Position numbers and translations under genes: made by a program
From: Octopus bimaculoides
Lineage: Eukaryota
NCBI RefSeq assembly: GCF_001194135.2
Contig: NC_069005.1
Span: 14,673,891-14,737,890, forward strand
Reading direction: 5' to 3'
DNA length: 64,000 nucleotides
The notes under the pieces: generated by a model
What the model was told of the DNA's origin: nothing
Databases searched by the model: none
What the model saw: the letters and a program-made list of their open reading frames with translations, nothing else
In this document: positions 35,682 through 47,285 of the stretch, one piece after another
Position numbering within the stretch: position 1 is the first letter of the stretch
How the letters are laid out: each line of letters opens with the position of its first letter

Positions 35682-37457
35682 ATGGCGGCCTTCGTTCGTG
35701 ACTTTAACGTCTTACAACAAGAACTAGAGAAAACTAAAGAGAGCTTAAAAGATGTGGATGATAACATTAAGAAATTAACCGGTCGCGATCCGACCGAACC
35801 AGGTAGGACTGGACAGCAGCGAAGAATTCTTTTGGGATTTAACGAGCGTGGTACGACCGACCCGGCTACTACTAATCGGAGCGGTAGAAAACGTGTGCTT
35901 CCTGTCGGCAAGTGGGCTGTTACCGAAGCCGATGCAGGCCCCCGGAAAAAGCGTGGAAACATCGCCAGCAGACTCGGTCCTCGACCCAGCCGATCATCGC
36001 AAGACAGCGGTGATGCAGATGAAATGGTACGCAAACCATCGGTACCTTCGTCTGTAGTGGCTACATCTAGGGATTCGTTAACTCGTAAAGACATGCTCGA
36101 TGCCCAAGGTAAAGACGAGCGAGGCATGGCAAGGAACAAACGCATGTTCGGCCTTTTGTTGGGAACTTTACAAAAATTTAAAGATGAGGCCAAAGATAAG
36201 AAAGATAAACACGATCAACGGAAACGAGTGGAGCTGAAGTTAGAAGAAAAAGCTCAACAGGAAAAAGATGAAATTCGTAAAGAACGTGAACTTTTGTTTC
36301 AGGTTCGTCGTGAGAAACAGACTAGGATTCGTTTATTAGAACAAAAAATGGAACTTGTTTCAACACACGAAAAATGTGAAGCAGAAATTCGCAAACTGAC
36401 AAATTTTATTTGTACAAAAACTAAACCGTGCATCTTCTACTTACCGAAGATCCACACACCTGCCACCGAAAGTCGCCTGTCGGAAAGTACCAAAGTGGTG
36501 AATGAAATGATCGCCGAACGACGTCGGCGATTGACAGCCGAGATAAATGAACTTATGGGTCCCTCATCTTTCGCACACTTAGCTGGTGAGGATGAGCATG
36601 GCCTGGACATGGAAGAAGACGACAGTGAAAATATTCCAGCTGGTCCTACAGGGAGAAGAGATGGCGGTGGGGCAGGAAGCGTTGATGGTGACAAACGTTA
36701 TCCTATTCATTACCGCGGCAGTTCCGCAGGTAATAAAGACTGGTCAAGGAACAAAGACAAAAAGACATCGTCTAAGAGGTCATCAGGTGGTGGTGGTGGA
36801 GGAAATGATCATCATCAACATCATCAGGATTCTAAAACTGGTAAACACGGATGGGAGGTACACCGAATGTCAAAATCTTGTAAAGATCAACAGTCACAGC
36901 TGCTGCAACAGAGTTCCACGGCCATTACCTCTTCCACTGCAGTCTCTTCTAAGTCAGTTTCAAATAAATGGCAGTTGTTAATGGAAATGGACAGTGGCTT
37001 AGAAGAGGACGAGGAACGTGTTGTAGTACCCAATACTGCAGCTCCGAACATAAATCTGCCTATGACAACACTACCACCGACGTCGTCATCATCTTCAGCA
37101 CTTGTAACTCGACATGATGAAGATGATGATGATAACGGTGATGACGACGACGAGGAAGAAGAAGAGCGCGATGAACGTGGTGAGGTGGAAGAAGGTGGTG
37201 ACAAAAGGGAAGTTTGTATAGAGGAGAATATTAATGGCACCGAGGACAGGCGCCTGGTAGATGCTAGTGGTGTTGCCAGCTGCCGGAGAGTTGTTTTGGC
37301 AGCAGATGTTGACGACGATGATGATGATGATGACGACGATGATGATAGAGGAGGAGGAGGTGGTGGTGGTAATGATGATGATGAGGAGGAGGAGGACAAT
37401 GATGATGAAGAGGAGGAAGATGAAGGGGATGATAGCAATGATGTCCATAAACCCTAA
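35682..37457 (+). CDS. PNN: Pinin (PSAP/EJC-associated splicing factor), single-exon CDS, 591 aa
   Basis: N-terminus LQQELEKTKESLKDVDDNIKKLTGRDP (Pinin_SDK_N). KPSVPSSVVATS and RNKRMFGLLLGTLQKFK...LLEQKMEL...TKTKPCIFYLP (Pinin_SDK_memA) align with human pinin. Low-complexity C-terminus. Confidence 0.97.
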   Translation: MAAFVRDFNVLQQELEKTKESLKDVDDNIKKLTGRDPTEPGRTGQQRRILLGFNERGTTDPATTNRSGRKRVLPVGKWAVTEADAGPRKKRGNIASRLGPRPSRSSQDSGDADEMVRKPSVPSSVVATSRDSLTRKDMLDAQGKDERGMARNKRMFGLLLGTLQKFKDEAKDKKDKHDQRKRVELKLEEKAQQEKDEIRKERELLFQVRREKQTRIRLLEQKMELVSTHEKCEAEIRKLTNFICTKTKPCIFYLPKIHTPATESRLSESTKVVNEMIAERRRRLTAEINELMGPSSFAHLAGEDEHGLDMEEDDSENIPAGPTGRRDGGGAGSVDGDKRYPIHYRGSSAGNKDWSRNKDKKTSSKRSSGGGGGGNDHHQHHQDSKTGKHGWEVHRMSKSCKDQQSQLLQQSSTAITSSTAVSSKSVSNKWQLLMEMDSGLEEDEERVVVPNTAAPNINLPMTTLPPTSSSSSALVTRHDEDDDDNGDDDDEEEEERDERGEVEEGGDKREVCIEENINGTEDRRLVDASGVASCRRVVLAADVDDDDDDDDDDDDRGGGGGGGNDDDEEEEDNDDEEEEDEGDDSNDVHKP

Positions 37458-38374
37458 TAACAAATGATGCAAACAAACAAACTCTACATACATTGGTTTT
37501 GGTTTCATTAGATCTTTAATTTACCATATTTCATGTTTCATTATATTATTTTTAAAATTCGTATCTGATGTTTTTTTTTTTTTGTTATTTTTATTTATAT
37601 ATTCTGATAATTGCTTCCCCCCACCCTCATTTCTACAATGTTTTTCTTTGCCACACCCACCTCTCCTACCCACCCTCCAAAATTTTATTTGAGAGGTTTA
37701 TAAGAATTGGTAAAACACGAAGTTTAGATATAAGTTATTATTACTACCATGCTCGTTTATATATTTTTTGTAATCCTTTCATATATACATACAATGTATC
37801 TTGGACTGTATATGGTAACTGAAGTATGTTTAAATGTGTGACCACAACAAAACGCTCATAATTTATGGCGTGTCTGTGTGTGTGTATGCATACGTGTATA
37901 TATATCTGAGGGCCTTGAACTTTTTTGTTGGAATTTATTGTGGGGCATTGAAAGTTAAACATAACTACTTTTATCCACTCATGCATTATATATGTGTGTG
38001 TATCATTGTTCAATCTGAGAGGACATGCATATATGTGTGAGTGTATCAGAATCACATTCCTCGTTTAGTGTTTGATACACAAGCATTAAAATGAAATGCT
38101 GTTAAATGGTGTCAGTGTGAAGTTTTGTAAAGGCCCATGAGTAAAACATTTGTTATCAGCAACAGTATCAAGAGTATGTTTGAACTGTCTTATATTTTAC
38201 AGGTGTTGGTGCCAGTTTGCTGTTAAACTTGGTTCTGACAACTTTGATTGCATCTAAACACCTTCACTGCACTCGTTAGCATTATTTAAACACCACCTTT
38301 GACAACCTATGGGATTTAATCTTTAAAAGAAAAATATTGGATAATGGCAGGCTAGCAAATTTCTCTTCAATCAC

Positions 38375-39245
38375 ATCAGACGACAAGCTGGCAAAATCAA
38401 GCATGTTGGGCAAAATGCTTAGCAGTATTTCTTCCTGCACACTGTGTTCTGGGGTCAGCTTTGCTTTTCATCATTTTTGGGGGCTGATAAAATATGTACC
38501 AGTTGAACACTGGGATTGATGAAGTCAGCTTAACCTTTCCTTTAAAATTGCTGGCCATGTGCAAAAATTTGAAACACTTAACCAAGGCAGTGTGCTGGCA
38601 GAATAATTAGCATGCGAGGTGGAATGCTTAGCAGCATTTCATCTGTCTTAATGTTCTGAGTTCAAATTCCGCTGAGGTGGACTTTGCCTTTTGTCCTTTC
38701 AGGGTCGTTGCAAAAAGTACCAGTTACTCACAGGTCAATATAATCAACTTTAGGCCTTGTACTTATAGTAGAAAGGTTATTATTTTAATTAAGGTGGTGA
38801 GCTGGCAGAATTGTTAGCATTCGGGGCAAAATGCTTATTGGTGTTTTGTCCATTTCTATGTTCTGAGTTCAGATGCCATTGAGGTTGACTTCATCTTTCA
38901 TCCCTTTCAGTCTCAATAAAATAAGTACCAGTTGTGCACTGGGATCAATCAATGTGATCAACTTACTCCCTCCTCTAAAATTACTGGCCTTGTACCAAAA
39001 TCTGAAGCCATTATTATAATTAGGGTGGCAAGCTGGCAGAATAATTAGTGCATCAGACAAAGCATTTAGTGGTGTTTCTTTCAGTTCTTTGTTCTGAGCT
39101 CAAATCACACCAAGATCAAATTTGCCTTTCATCCTTTTGGGGCTAATAAAGTACCAGTCAAGTACTGCAGTCTGTATAATCAACTAGCCCCTGTCCCTCA
39201 AAGTTGTTGGCCTTGTACCAAAATTAGAAGGAGTTATTATTGTGA
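38375..39245 (+). mobile_element. Head-to-tail array of about 4 Deu/Nin-like SINE copies
   Basis: Repeated aaggYggYgagctggcagaa heads near 38380, 38585, 38790 and 39020, separated by ttatt tails. Confidence 0.85.
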
Positions 39246-39379
39246 TTTATTTTGGTGGTGGTGGTTGGATGTAATAAATATGCTTATTTAATTTTGCTGC
39301 TGTCACCTTTAGGATATGCATAAACTACATAAGCTCACACTTTCCCATCCATAGCATCCTTTATTTCTCCCCATAACTT

Positions 39380-39860
39380 GTTTATTTTTTGGAATTTTCA
39401 GAAAATGTTTGCAAATATGAGTTCTACACACAGGAATTGATTGATTATGCAAAAAAAATATTTTTGTGTGTGTGTGATTTAAGGGTAATTTAGCAGTTAC
39501 TTTTAGCACGTCTCACAAGCCCCTGTTACCTTCCTTGTTTCTTTGTCTCTCTGACATGTATTGATGTCTTTTCTATACTTTTCTCCCCATAAAGACATTT
39601 AATGAAATGATGATGCATCCAAGAGTGGTCCATTGCTGAAATTTAAGCAAAAAAAAATAAGACTGTCTATTTAAAACCTTGATTTTAAAAAAACTAAAAA
39701 GGAGTGGAGCTTTTAGGATCTGTTGTGGGGAGTGTTATAAAAAACTGGAAAAAAAAAAGAAAATTTTTGTTTTCATAATTGCATGAATTCGCAAAAAAAT
39801 TTCTGAAAATTCCAAAAAATAAAGTTATGAGGTGTTATATGGAGTGCTTAAACCAGAATT
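39380..39860. mobile_element. TIR-bearing non-autonomous DNA element (second copy at ~31850-32390)
   Basis: Left end tttttggaattttcagaaaatgtttgcaaat is mirrored by ttcgcaaaaaaatttctgaaaattccaaaaaa. Internal sequence is shared between the two copies. Confidence 0.6.
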
Positions 39861-42800
39861 CTGCCAGTTCTTCTGCCTAGACATGAGACATTAATGTAGA
39901 AAAAGATAAGTGTGAAGCAATGCCAAACTCAATACTTTTTGGTATTTAGTTTGTAGTTGTCTGTTTTCTTTTAAACATAGCTCAAAATTCCTCCAGGGTT
40001 ATTGACATTATTATTTTGCTTTTCACCCTTGAAGATTGGTTCATTAAATAAGTGCTAATAATGTACAGGTGTACTCTCTTAAAAATGTGGACCTTGAATT
40101 AAAAAAAAATATGATTGTTTTGATACTGACATATTTGAGACCACCCCTTTTGGTTCTATGATACAAAATTCAAGTTTTTAAAGATATCCAAATTAAAAAC
40201 CTCCCATCAAAATTTCATGTTCATTTATGACGATGTTATTTTACTAAATTCTTAATTATTTTCAAAATTAATCAAAAAGAAAGCAGNNNNNNNNNNNNNN
40301 NNNNNNNNNNNNNNNNNNNNNNNNNNNNNNNNNNNNNNNNNNNNNNNNNNNNNNNNNNNNNNNNNNNNNNNNNNNNNNNNNNNNNNNNNNNNNCTCCAGT
40401 ACTTTTTTTTTTAAGCCTGGTACTTATTCTATCAGTCTGTCTTGCCAAACCACTAAATTATGAGGATGTAAGCACACCAACACCAGCTGTAAGGCGGTGG
40501 TGGGGGGGACAGACACTGACACAAAGACACACTCACAAATGGGCCTCTTTCAGTTTCCATCTACCAAATCCACTCACTAGGCTTTGGTTGGCCTGACACT
40601 TGCCCAATTTGCCATAAAGTGAGACTGAACCTGGACCCATGTGGTTGAGCAAAAAGAGTTAATATTGTGTTACTTAGTAGCAAAAAATAATTTTAGCTAT
40701 AAAGACTATTGGGACATTGCAGATGCTAGGTATACATTAGAATTGACAATAACTTCTTTCCGACATAATTTAATTAACAATGTGATAATTATGTTACTCA
40801 TTTCAGTGGTTTGTCACACTATTCTGTAAGGAGCATAGGGCTAGTTCCTCTAGCATATATATTCCTCCCTGGACGGGACACCAGTCCATCATGGAAATAC
40901 TCATTTTTACCAACTGAGTGGACTGGGGCAACATGAAATGAAGTATTTTTGCTCAAGAGCACAACATATCGCCCTGTCTAGGAATCAAAACCATAATTTT
41001 ATGATCATGAGTTTAACACCTTAACCACTAAGGCATACCTACTTATTCCAATACTGAAAAGAAATTCTCAGCTTATGAGGTTTGGTTCATTGTTTAGTTT
41101 AACATATTTACTCCCTTTGAAGAACTCTGATGATAAGCTTGTAAAAAGAACAAAAACATTACATATTACTAGAGAATATGTCCCACAGTAGTAATGCATG
41201 ACTATTTCAAAACAATGTGAATAAAAAAGCATTACATTTGACAAAGAAATCTGAAACTAAAGTGTTAAAGTTTACAGAATTTAGTTACATTCTAAATTGA
41301 AACTTTTGGGAGTTGATTGAGTTCACTCTCTTCTTCCTTCACAAATTTGTTGTCGCTTGAGCCGCTATAAGAAATAATTATTGCTGATGCCTACAGAGGT
41401 GGCAGGTATCAGAGTGCCACCAGACTTATTTTTGAGAGGTAATTTTCATCTCTTGAACATGGATGTTGTATTTGAATAAACTTTTCTGTAGTAGTTACCA
41501 TTAGAGAAATTCTCATGATGGCTTTTTGGTGCCAAAATGCACACAGCAGGGGAAAATAAATCCAGTGCTAAGGTTGTGATTTTAATTACATGATCTGGAG
41601 GTAGCTGGGATATATCTCCCCACTAACAAGATAAAAAGTGCCAATATGGGTGTTTCTTTCATGGTAACTAATGCAGTATAGTTCTAACAGAACATCCACA
41701 TTTAAGTGGAGATAATTATGATAATCTCTATATTAATACTGCCTTTATTGCTCATATATATGTATCTTAGTTTTGGCTGTCTATATTATGAATTGAAATT
41801 ATTTTGGAAGTTCAACATTACCTCTTTTTATCCTTCCAGGATTAATGAGCTAAGTCTCTGGAGATGGGTTTATTTGATTAATCTCTCCCTCAGTGGNNNN
41901 NNNNNNNNNNNNNNNNNNNNNNNNNNNNNNNNNNNNNNNNNNNNNNNNNNNNNNNNNNNNNNNNNNNNNNNNNNNNNNNNNNNNNNNNNNNNNNNNNNNN
42001 NNNNNNNNNNNNNNNNNNNNNNNNNNNNNNNNNNNNNNNNNNNNNNNNNNNNNNNNNNNNNNACACCATTTCGAGCGTGGCCGTTTTCGTGCGGGTGACA
42101 CGTAAAAGCACCCACTACACTCTCTGAGTGGTTGGCGTTAGGAAGGGCATCCAGCTGTAGAAACTCTGCCAAATTAGATTGGAGCCTGGTGTTGCCATCC
42201 GGTTTCACCAGTCCTCAGTCAAATCGTCCAACCCATGCTAGCATGGAAAGCGGACGTTAAACGATGATGATGATGATGATTAAGGTGGTAGCTGGCAGAA
42301 CTGCTAGCACAGCGAGCGAAGTCCTTGGCTGCATTTCATCTGTCTTTAAGTACCAGTTGTGAGCTAGATGTTGATTTCAATAACTGCATTTCATCCTTAA
42401 CTCTCTTAACATTCAAACCAGCCATATCCAGCTCATATATTCTACCTGTTTTATGTTCAAACTGGTCAGATCAGGCTCTCTTGCACCTAATGTCATTCTA
42501 AAAATTAATGTTCACATCATAAAAAATTTCAATTTAGAAGATAATGTATGATTAATTTAAAACAATGTGAATAAATGAGCGTTACGTTGCACTGAATAAT
42601 CTGAATGCTAAATGATTAACCATAACTCTTGTCCTTTAACAAGGACCCAGTTATATTCGTCGTCTTTTGATACTGACATGCCTGGTGCTGTCCTTGTTTC
42701 TATGTTACAAATTCCATTCTAGTTATCTAAATTAAAACCTTCCATCAAAATTTCATGTTAATTTATATTCTAAATAGCAGTTCAATAATGACAAAGTTAT

Positions 42801-43568
42801 TTTTACTAAATCCTTTATTAACCCTTTAAACTGGCCAAACTATTCCTGTTTTATGTTCAAACTGGCCAGGTCCAGCCTCTCACGCCTACCCTACAATGTT
42901 ATTCTAAAACAATTTTCAGTCACTTAATCAAAATCTTAAGGCTACAAGATAATGCAGGATAAATTCAAATAAATGTGAATAAATAAGTTTTACATTTGGT
43001 AGAATAATCTGAATGCTAAAGGGTTAATTTAAAAATTAATTGCCAAATATACGGTAACAAAATAGTTAATCCTCTTTTTTCTTTGTTTTTCATTTTTTGT
43101 GAGACAGTACTGAACTACATTGTCAATTGACTGCTTGTAATGCAAGCAGTCAGGTCTGAATCACCATTTCTGATAAACAAAAATACAAGAAAAATTCTTG
43201 CTACCCATTACATATTATCGGTACTAGATTATTCCAAATATATATTTCACACAATTTCTAATGATGTGAATTAATCATTGATTCCATTCTGCCTTTGCCT
43301 CTACTTATTCTCTTCTTAAATATATGCTTATATCTGCCTACCACATTTATTTTCTGTTACTATCTCCTTTCTCTAGTGTTGATCAATGTTGGATATGAAT
43401 ATGGTTAAACACCTATTATTTAAAATTACCATTCAAATTCATTGGGTCTTGTGAGAATAGGAGAGGAGATATTCTTTGGTAGCTTGTTTTGGTTTCTACT
43501 TTAAAAAAATCCATTTAATTTTTTAGTAAACTTCAACTTCTAATATGAAAATTGGTTTTCAACTCATA

Positions 43569-43650
<82 letters not shown>

Positions 43651-43669
43651 NNNNNNNNNNNNNNNNNNN

Positions 43670-43737
<68 letters not shown>

Positions 43738-44479
43738 TGCATGCATATAAGTGTACATAGATTGGTAACAAATTGGCAAGGTCGTTAGACTGTCAGGTAC
43801 AATACATTATTATATTCCTGCTTTCAGTACACCAAGTTCAAATTCTGCCAAGGTCAACATTGCCTTTCATCCTTAAAAAGTTGATAAAATCAAGTTACCA
43901 GCATCCCAGTACTGGTACAGACCTTTTTTCCTTCCAGCTATCACATTCTGAATTTTCTGGGTGAAGAGTGAGAAAGTTAGAAGGGGTGTCTCTATCGGCT
44001 CACAGACACCTAAAATCATTAGAGAAAACATTGTACTTACTAGTAGCATGTTACACTCTGTTGTAAGTGTCAGCCACATTATATGAATATAAATCTATAC
44101 ACATCTTACACAAAGGTTTTATGCCGTTCTCTGCAATGTATAAAGTTCCATTTACCATGTGTACCTTTAGCCAAGATATGTTTATGTGAGTTTGTTTGTA
44201 AAAATATTAACTTAAATGCCTTCACACTTAACAGTAAAGTGTTACAGCTTTCCAAGCCTTTTTGGCTTTTATCTCTTTGCTGTGTTGTATTCATGGACAG
44301 GACACATATCATCCAGATGTACATCGGTAGCAAGCATGAAGTACAGATCACAAACTGCTGTAAGCAGTGAACTTGTTGATACAGAAAAGCTGCAGTTAAA
44401 TTGTCGTCCCTATCAGAACAGGAGATGGGATGTCCATCATTTACACCCTGGTAACAGTGTTTGATAAAAAAAAAAAATG

Positions 44480-44921
44480 TACGAGGGCTGCTGAAAAGTT
44501 TTTGACTTTGGGTAAAAGAAAATACTGGAGCACCAGTTAATTAAGATTTTATTCAGCATATTCCCCTCTCACACTTATTGCAGAAGTCCTTCGGTTTTCT
44601 AAGCCCTGTAAAAGAACTCTGAAAGTTGGACCTCTGACCAGGCCTTTCACAGTATCCTTAAAGCCAGGAACTTTTCAGCACCACATCATGTATATATACA
44701 TATATTATGAATGGGGTACTGAAAATTCCTTGGTTTTGAGTAAAAGAAAATACAGGAGGATCAAATAATTATGATTTTGTCCAACATTTCCCTCTCAGAT
44801 TCACATACTGCAGTGATCCTTCAGTTTTTATAACCCTTGTAAAAGAACTCGGAAGGCTGGGCCTCCAACCAAGCCTTCTGTGATTACCTTGAAGCCAGGA
44901 CCTTTTCAGCCCCCTCTTGTA
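44480..44921. mobile_element. Two tandem mariner-derived MITEs (third copy at ~50878-51100)
   Basis: TIR tacgagggNtgctgaaaagtt ... aacttttcagcacc.ctc.ta with TA flanks. Confidence 0.7.
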
Positions 44922-45264
44922 AATGACCACTTAGGATTTAACTGTCCTACTCCTCAATAATATTGTTCATACATTCATTGGTTTTTCCCTTCACCCTTGT
45001 TCATAAATTGAAGACTTTAGCTTTTTCTCACCTGCAAGAACTAACACTGAATGAAATAACTGTCTTTTGCAAGAGATAAAAACGACTATTCCATTGCAAA
45101 AAAAAAATGAAATGGTGAAAAACAAAAACAAAAAAAGTAAAAGAAACTGGAATTTTAATAAATACTATATCTGATTTATTTATCATTTTTTTTTTTCACT
45201 CTGTGATTTTTAAAGTGAAATTATTATTGGAGATTAAGTGAATTGTTATTTTATTATTATTATT

Positions 45265-47285
45265 AAGGAGTTGAGCTGGCAGAATTGCTAACACACCAGG
45301 CAATATTGCTTAGCAGCATTTTGTTCATCCTTAAATGTTCTAATTCCACAGGTCGACTTTACATTTCATCCCTTTGGGGTCGATGTAATCAACTTAGTCT
45401 CTCCCCTCAAAATTTCAGGCCTTGTGCCCATAGTAGAAAGAATTATTATTTTTAGGGTGGTAAGCTGACAGAATCATTTGCAGGCCGGGCAAATTGCTTA
45501 GCAGCATTTCATCCATCCTTATGTTCTGAGTTCAAATTCCATTTCATCCTTTCAGGGTTGATAAATACCAGTGAAACACTGGGGCTGATGTAATCATTAC
45601 CATTCGTCCTTTCGGGGTTGATGTAACCAACTAGTCCACTCACTCAAAATTTCAGGCTTTGTGTCTTGAGTAGAAAGGATTATTAATTAAGGCATTGAGC
45701 TGGCAGAATCATTAGTATGCTGGACAAAATGTTTAGAGGCATTTTTCCAGCTTTATATTCTGACTTCAAATATTACTAAGGTTCACTTTGTCCTTCATCC
45801 TTTTGGAATCAATAAAGTAGGTACCAACTGAGCACTGGGGTCAATTTTATTGATTGGCCTTCTGCCAAAATTTGCAACCATTATTAAGGTAATGAGCTAG
45901 CAGAGTCTTTAGTATACCAGACAAAATGCTTAGCAGCATATCTTCCAGCTTTATTATCTGAGCCCAAATGTGTCTGAGGTTGTCTTTGTCTTTCATCCTT
46001 TTGGAGCCAATAAAATACCAGTTTAGCATTGGGGTGGTGGGGAATGTAATTGAAAAGCCCTCCTTAAAATGTTCAGGCCTCATGCCTTTAGTAGCAGAAA
46101 TGATTGTTATTCTGTTGAGATTGACTTTAAGGTGGTGAGCTGACAGACAAAATGCTTTGTGACATTTTGTCCATCCTTACATTCTGAGTTCAAATTCTGC
46201 TAAGGTCGACTTTGCCTCATGCTTTCTGGGTTGATGAAATAAGTACCAGTTATGCACTGGGGTTGATGTAATCAACTAGCTCCATCTCCCAAAATTTCAG
46301 GCCTTGTTCCTATAGCAGAAAGCGGTGAACTGGCAGAAAACATTAGCAAGCTGGGCGAAATGTTTAGCGGTATTTCTTCTGCCATTACGTTCTGAGTTCA
46401 AATTCCGCCGAGGTCGACTTTGCCTTTCATCCTTTTGGGGTCAATAAATTAAGTACTAGTTACGCACTGGGGTCGATGTAATCGACTTAATCCCTTTTTC
46501 TGTCCTTGTTTGCCCCCTCTATGTTTAGCCCCTTGTGGGAAATAAGAAAGGATTATTACTATCAGGGAAGTGCACTGGTAGAATCTCTAGCATGCCAGGC
46601 AAAATGCATAATGGTATTTTGTCTGTCTTTACATTCCAAGTTCAAATTCTGCCGAGATCGACTTTGTCTTTCACCCTTTCAGTTTGATAAAACAGGTACG
46701 AAGTGAAGTTGCTGGCCTTGTGCCGATATTTTAAGGTGGTGAGCCAGCAGAATCGTTAGCATGCCGGGCGAATTTTTAGTGCCATTTTGCCTGTCTTTAC
46801 ATTCTGAGTTCAAATTCTGCTGAGGTTGACTTTGCCTTTCATCCTTTCGGGGTTGATACAATCTACTAGGCTCTTCCCCCAAAATTGCTGGCCTTGTGCC
46901 AAAATTTGAACTTATTATGATGGTGAGTTGTCAGAATCATTAGCACATGGGACAAAATGTTTAGCATTTCTTCTAGTTTTTTCACATTCTGAATTCAAGT
47001 ACTGCCAAGATCAACTTTGCCTTTCCTCCTTTTGGTGTTGATGTAATCGACTGGTCCCCTCCCTCCAATTCCAGACCTTGTGCCTATATTATTCTAACAC
47101 CCAGTGAGCTGACAGAATCATTAGCATGGTGAACAAAATGGTTTGTAGCATTTCTTCTCTTTCGCCTGTCATCCTCTCAGGATTAACAAAATAAAGCACT
47201 GAGCAAGTATAGAGGTCAGTGAAGCTGACTAACTCCCTCCTCCTAGAATTGCTGGCTTTGTGCTAAAATTTGAAACTATTATTTG
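45265..47285 (+). mobile_element. Head-to-tail array of about 10 Deu/Nin-like SINE copies
   Basis: Heads (gagctggcagaat-like) near 45265, 45455, 45690, 45886, 46130, 46320, 46563, 46734, 46920 and 47100. All are on the same strand and mutually diverged. Confidence 0.9.

Noticed and set aside
35672-37508. Antisense and alternate-frame ORFs overlapping pinin (173, 183, 137 and 131 aa)
   Set aside because: Expected shadows of a real CDS with triplet-repeat composition, with no independent motifs.
44216-44464. 82-aa ORF in moderately GC-rich unique sequence
   Set aside because: No recognisable homology and no convincing splice sites.
46320-46500. tRNA-like A/B boxes in SINE heads, and the periodic SINE array as a possible CRISPR-like repeat
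   Set aside because: No complete cloverleaf, and the heads continue into SINE bodies. Units are ~200 bp diverged SINEs, not short repeat-spacer arrays, and there are no cas genes.
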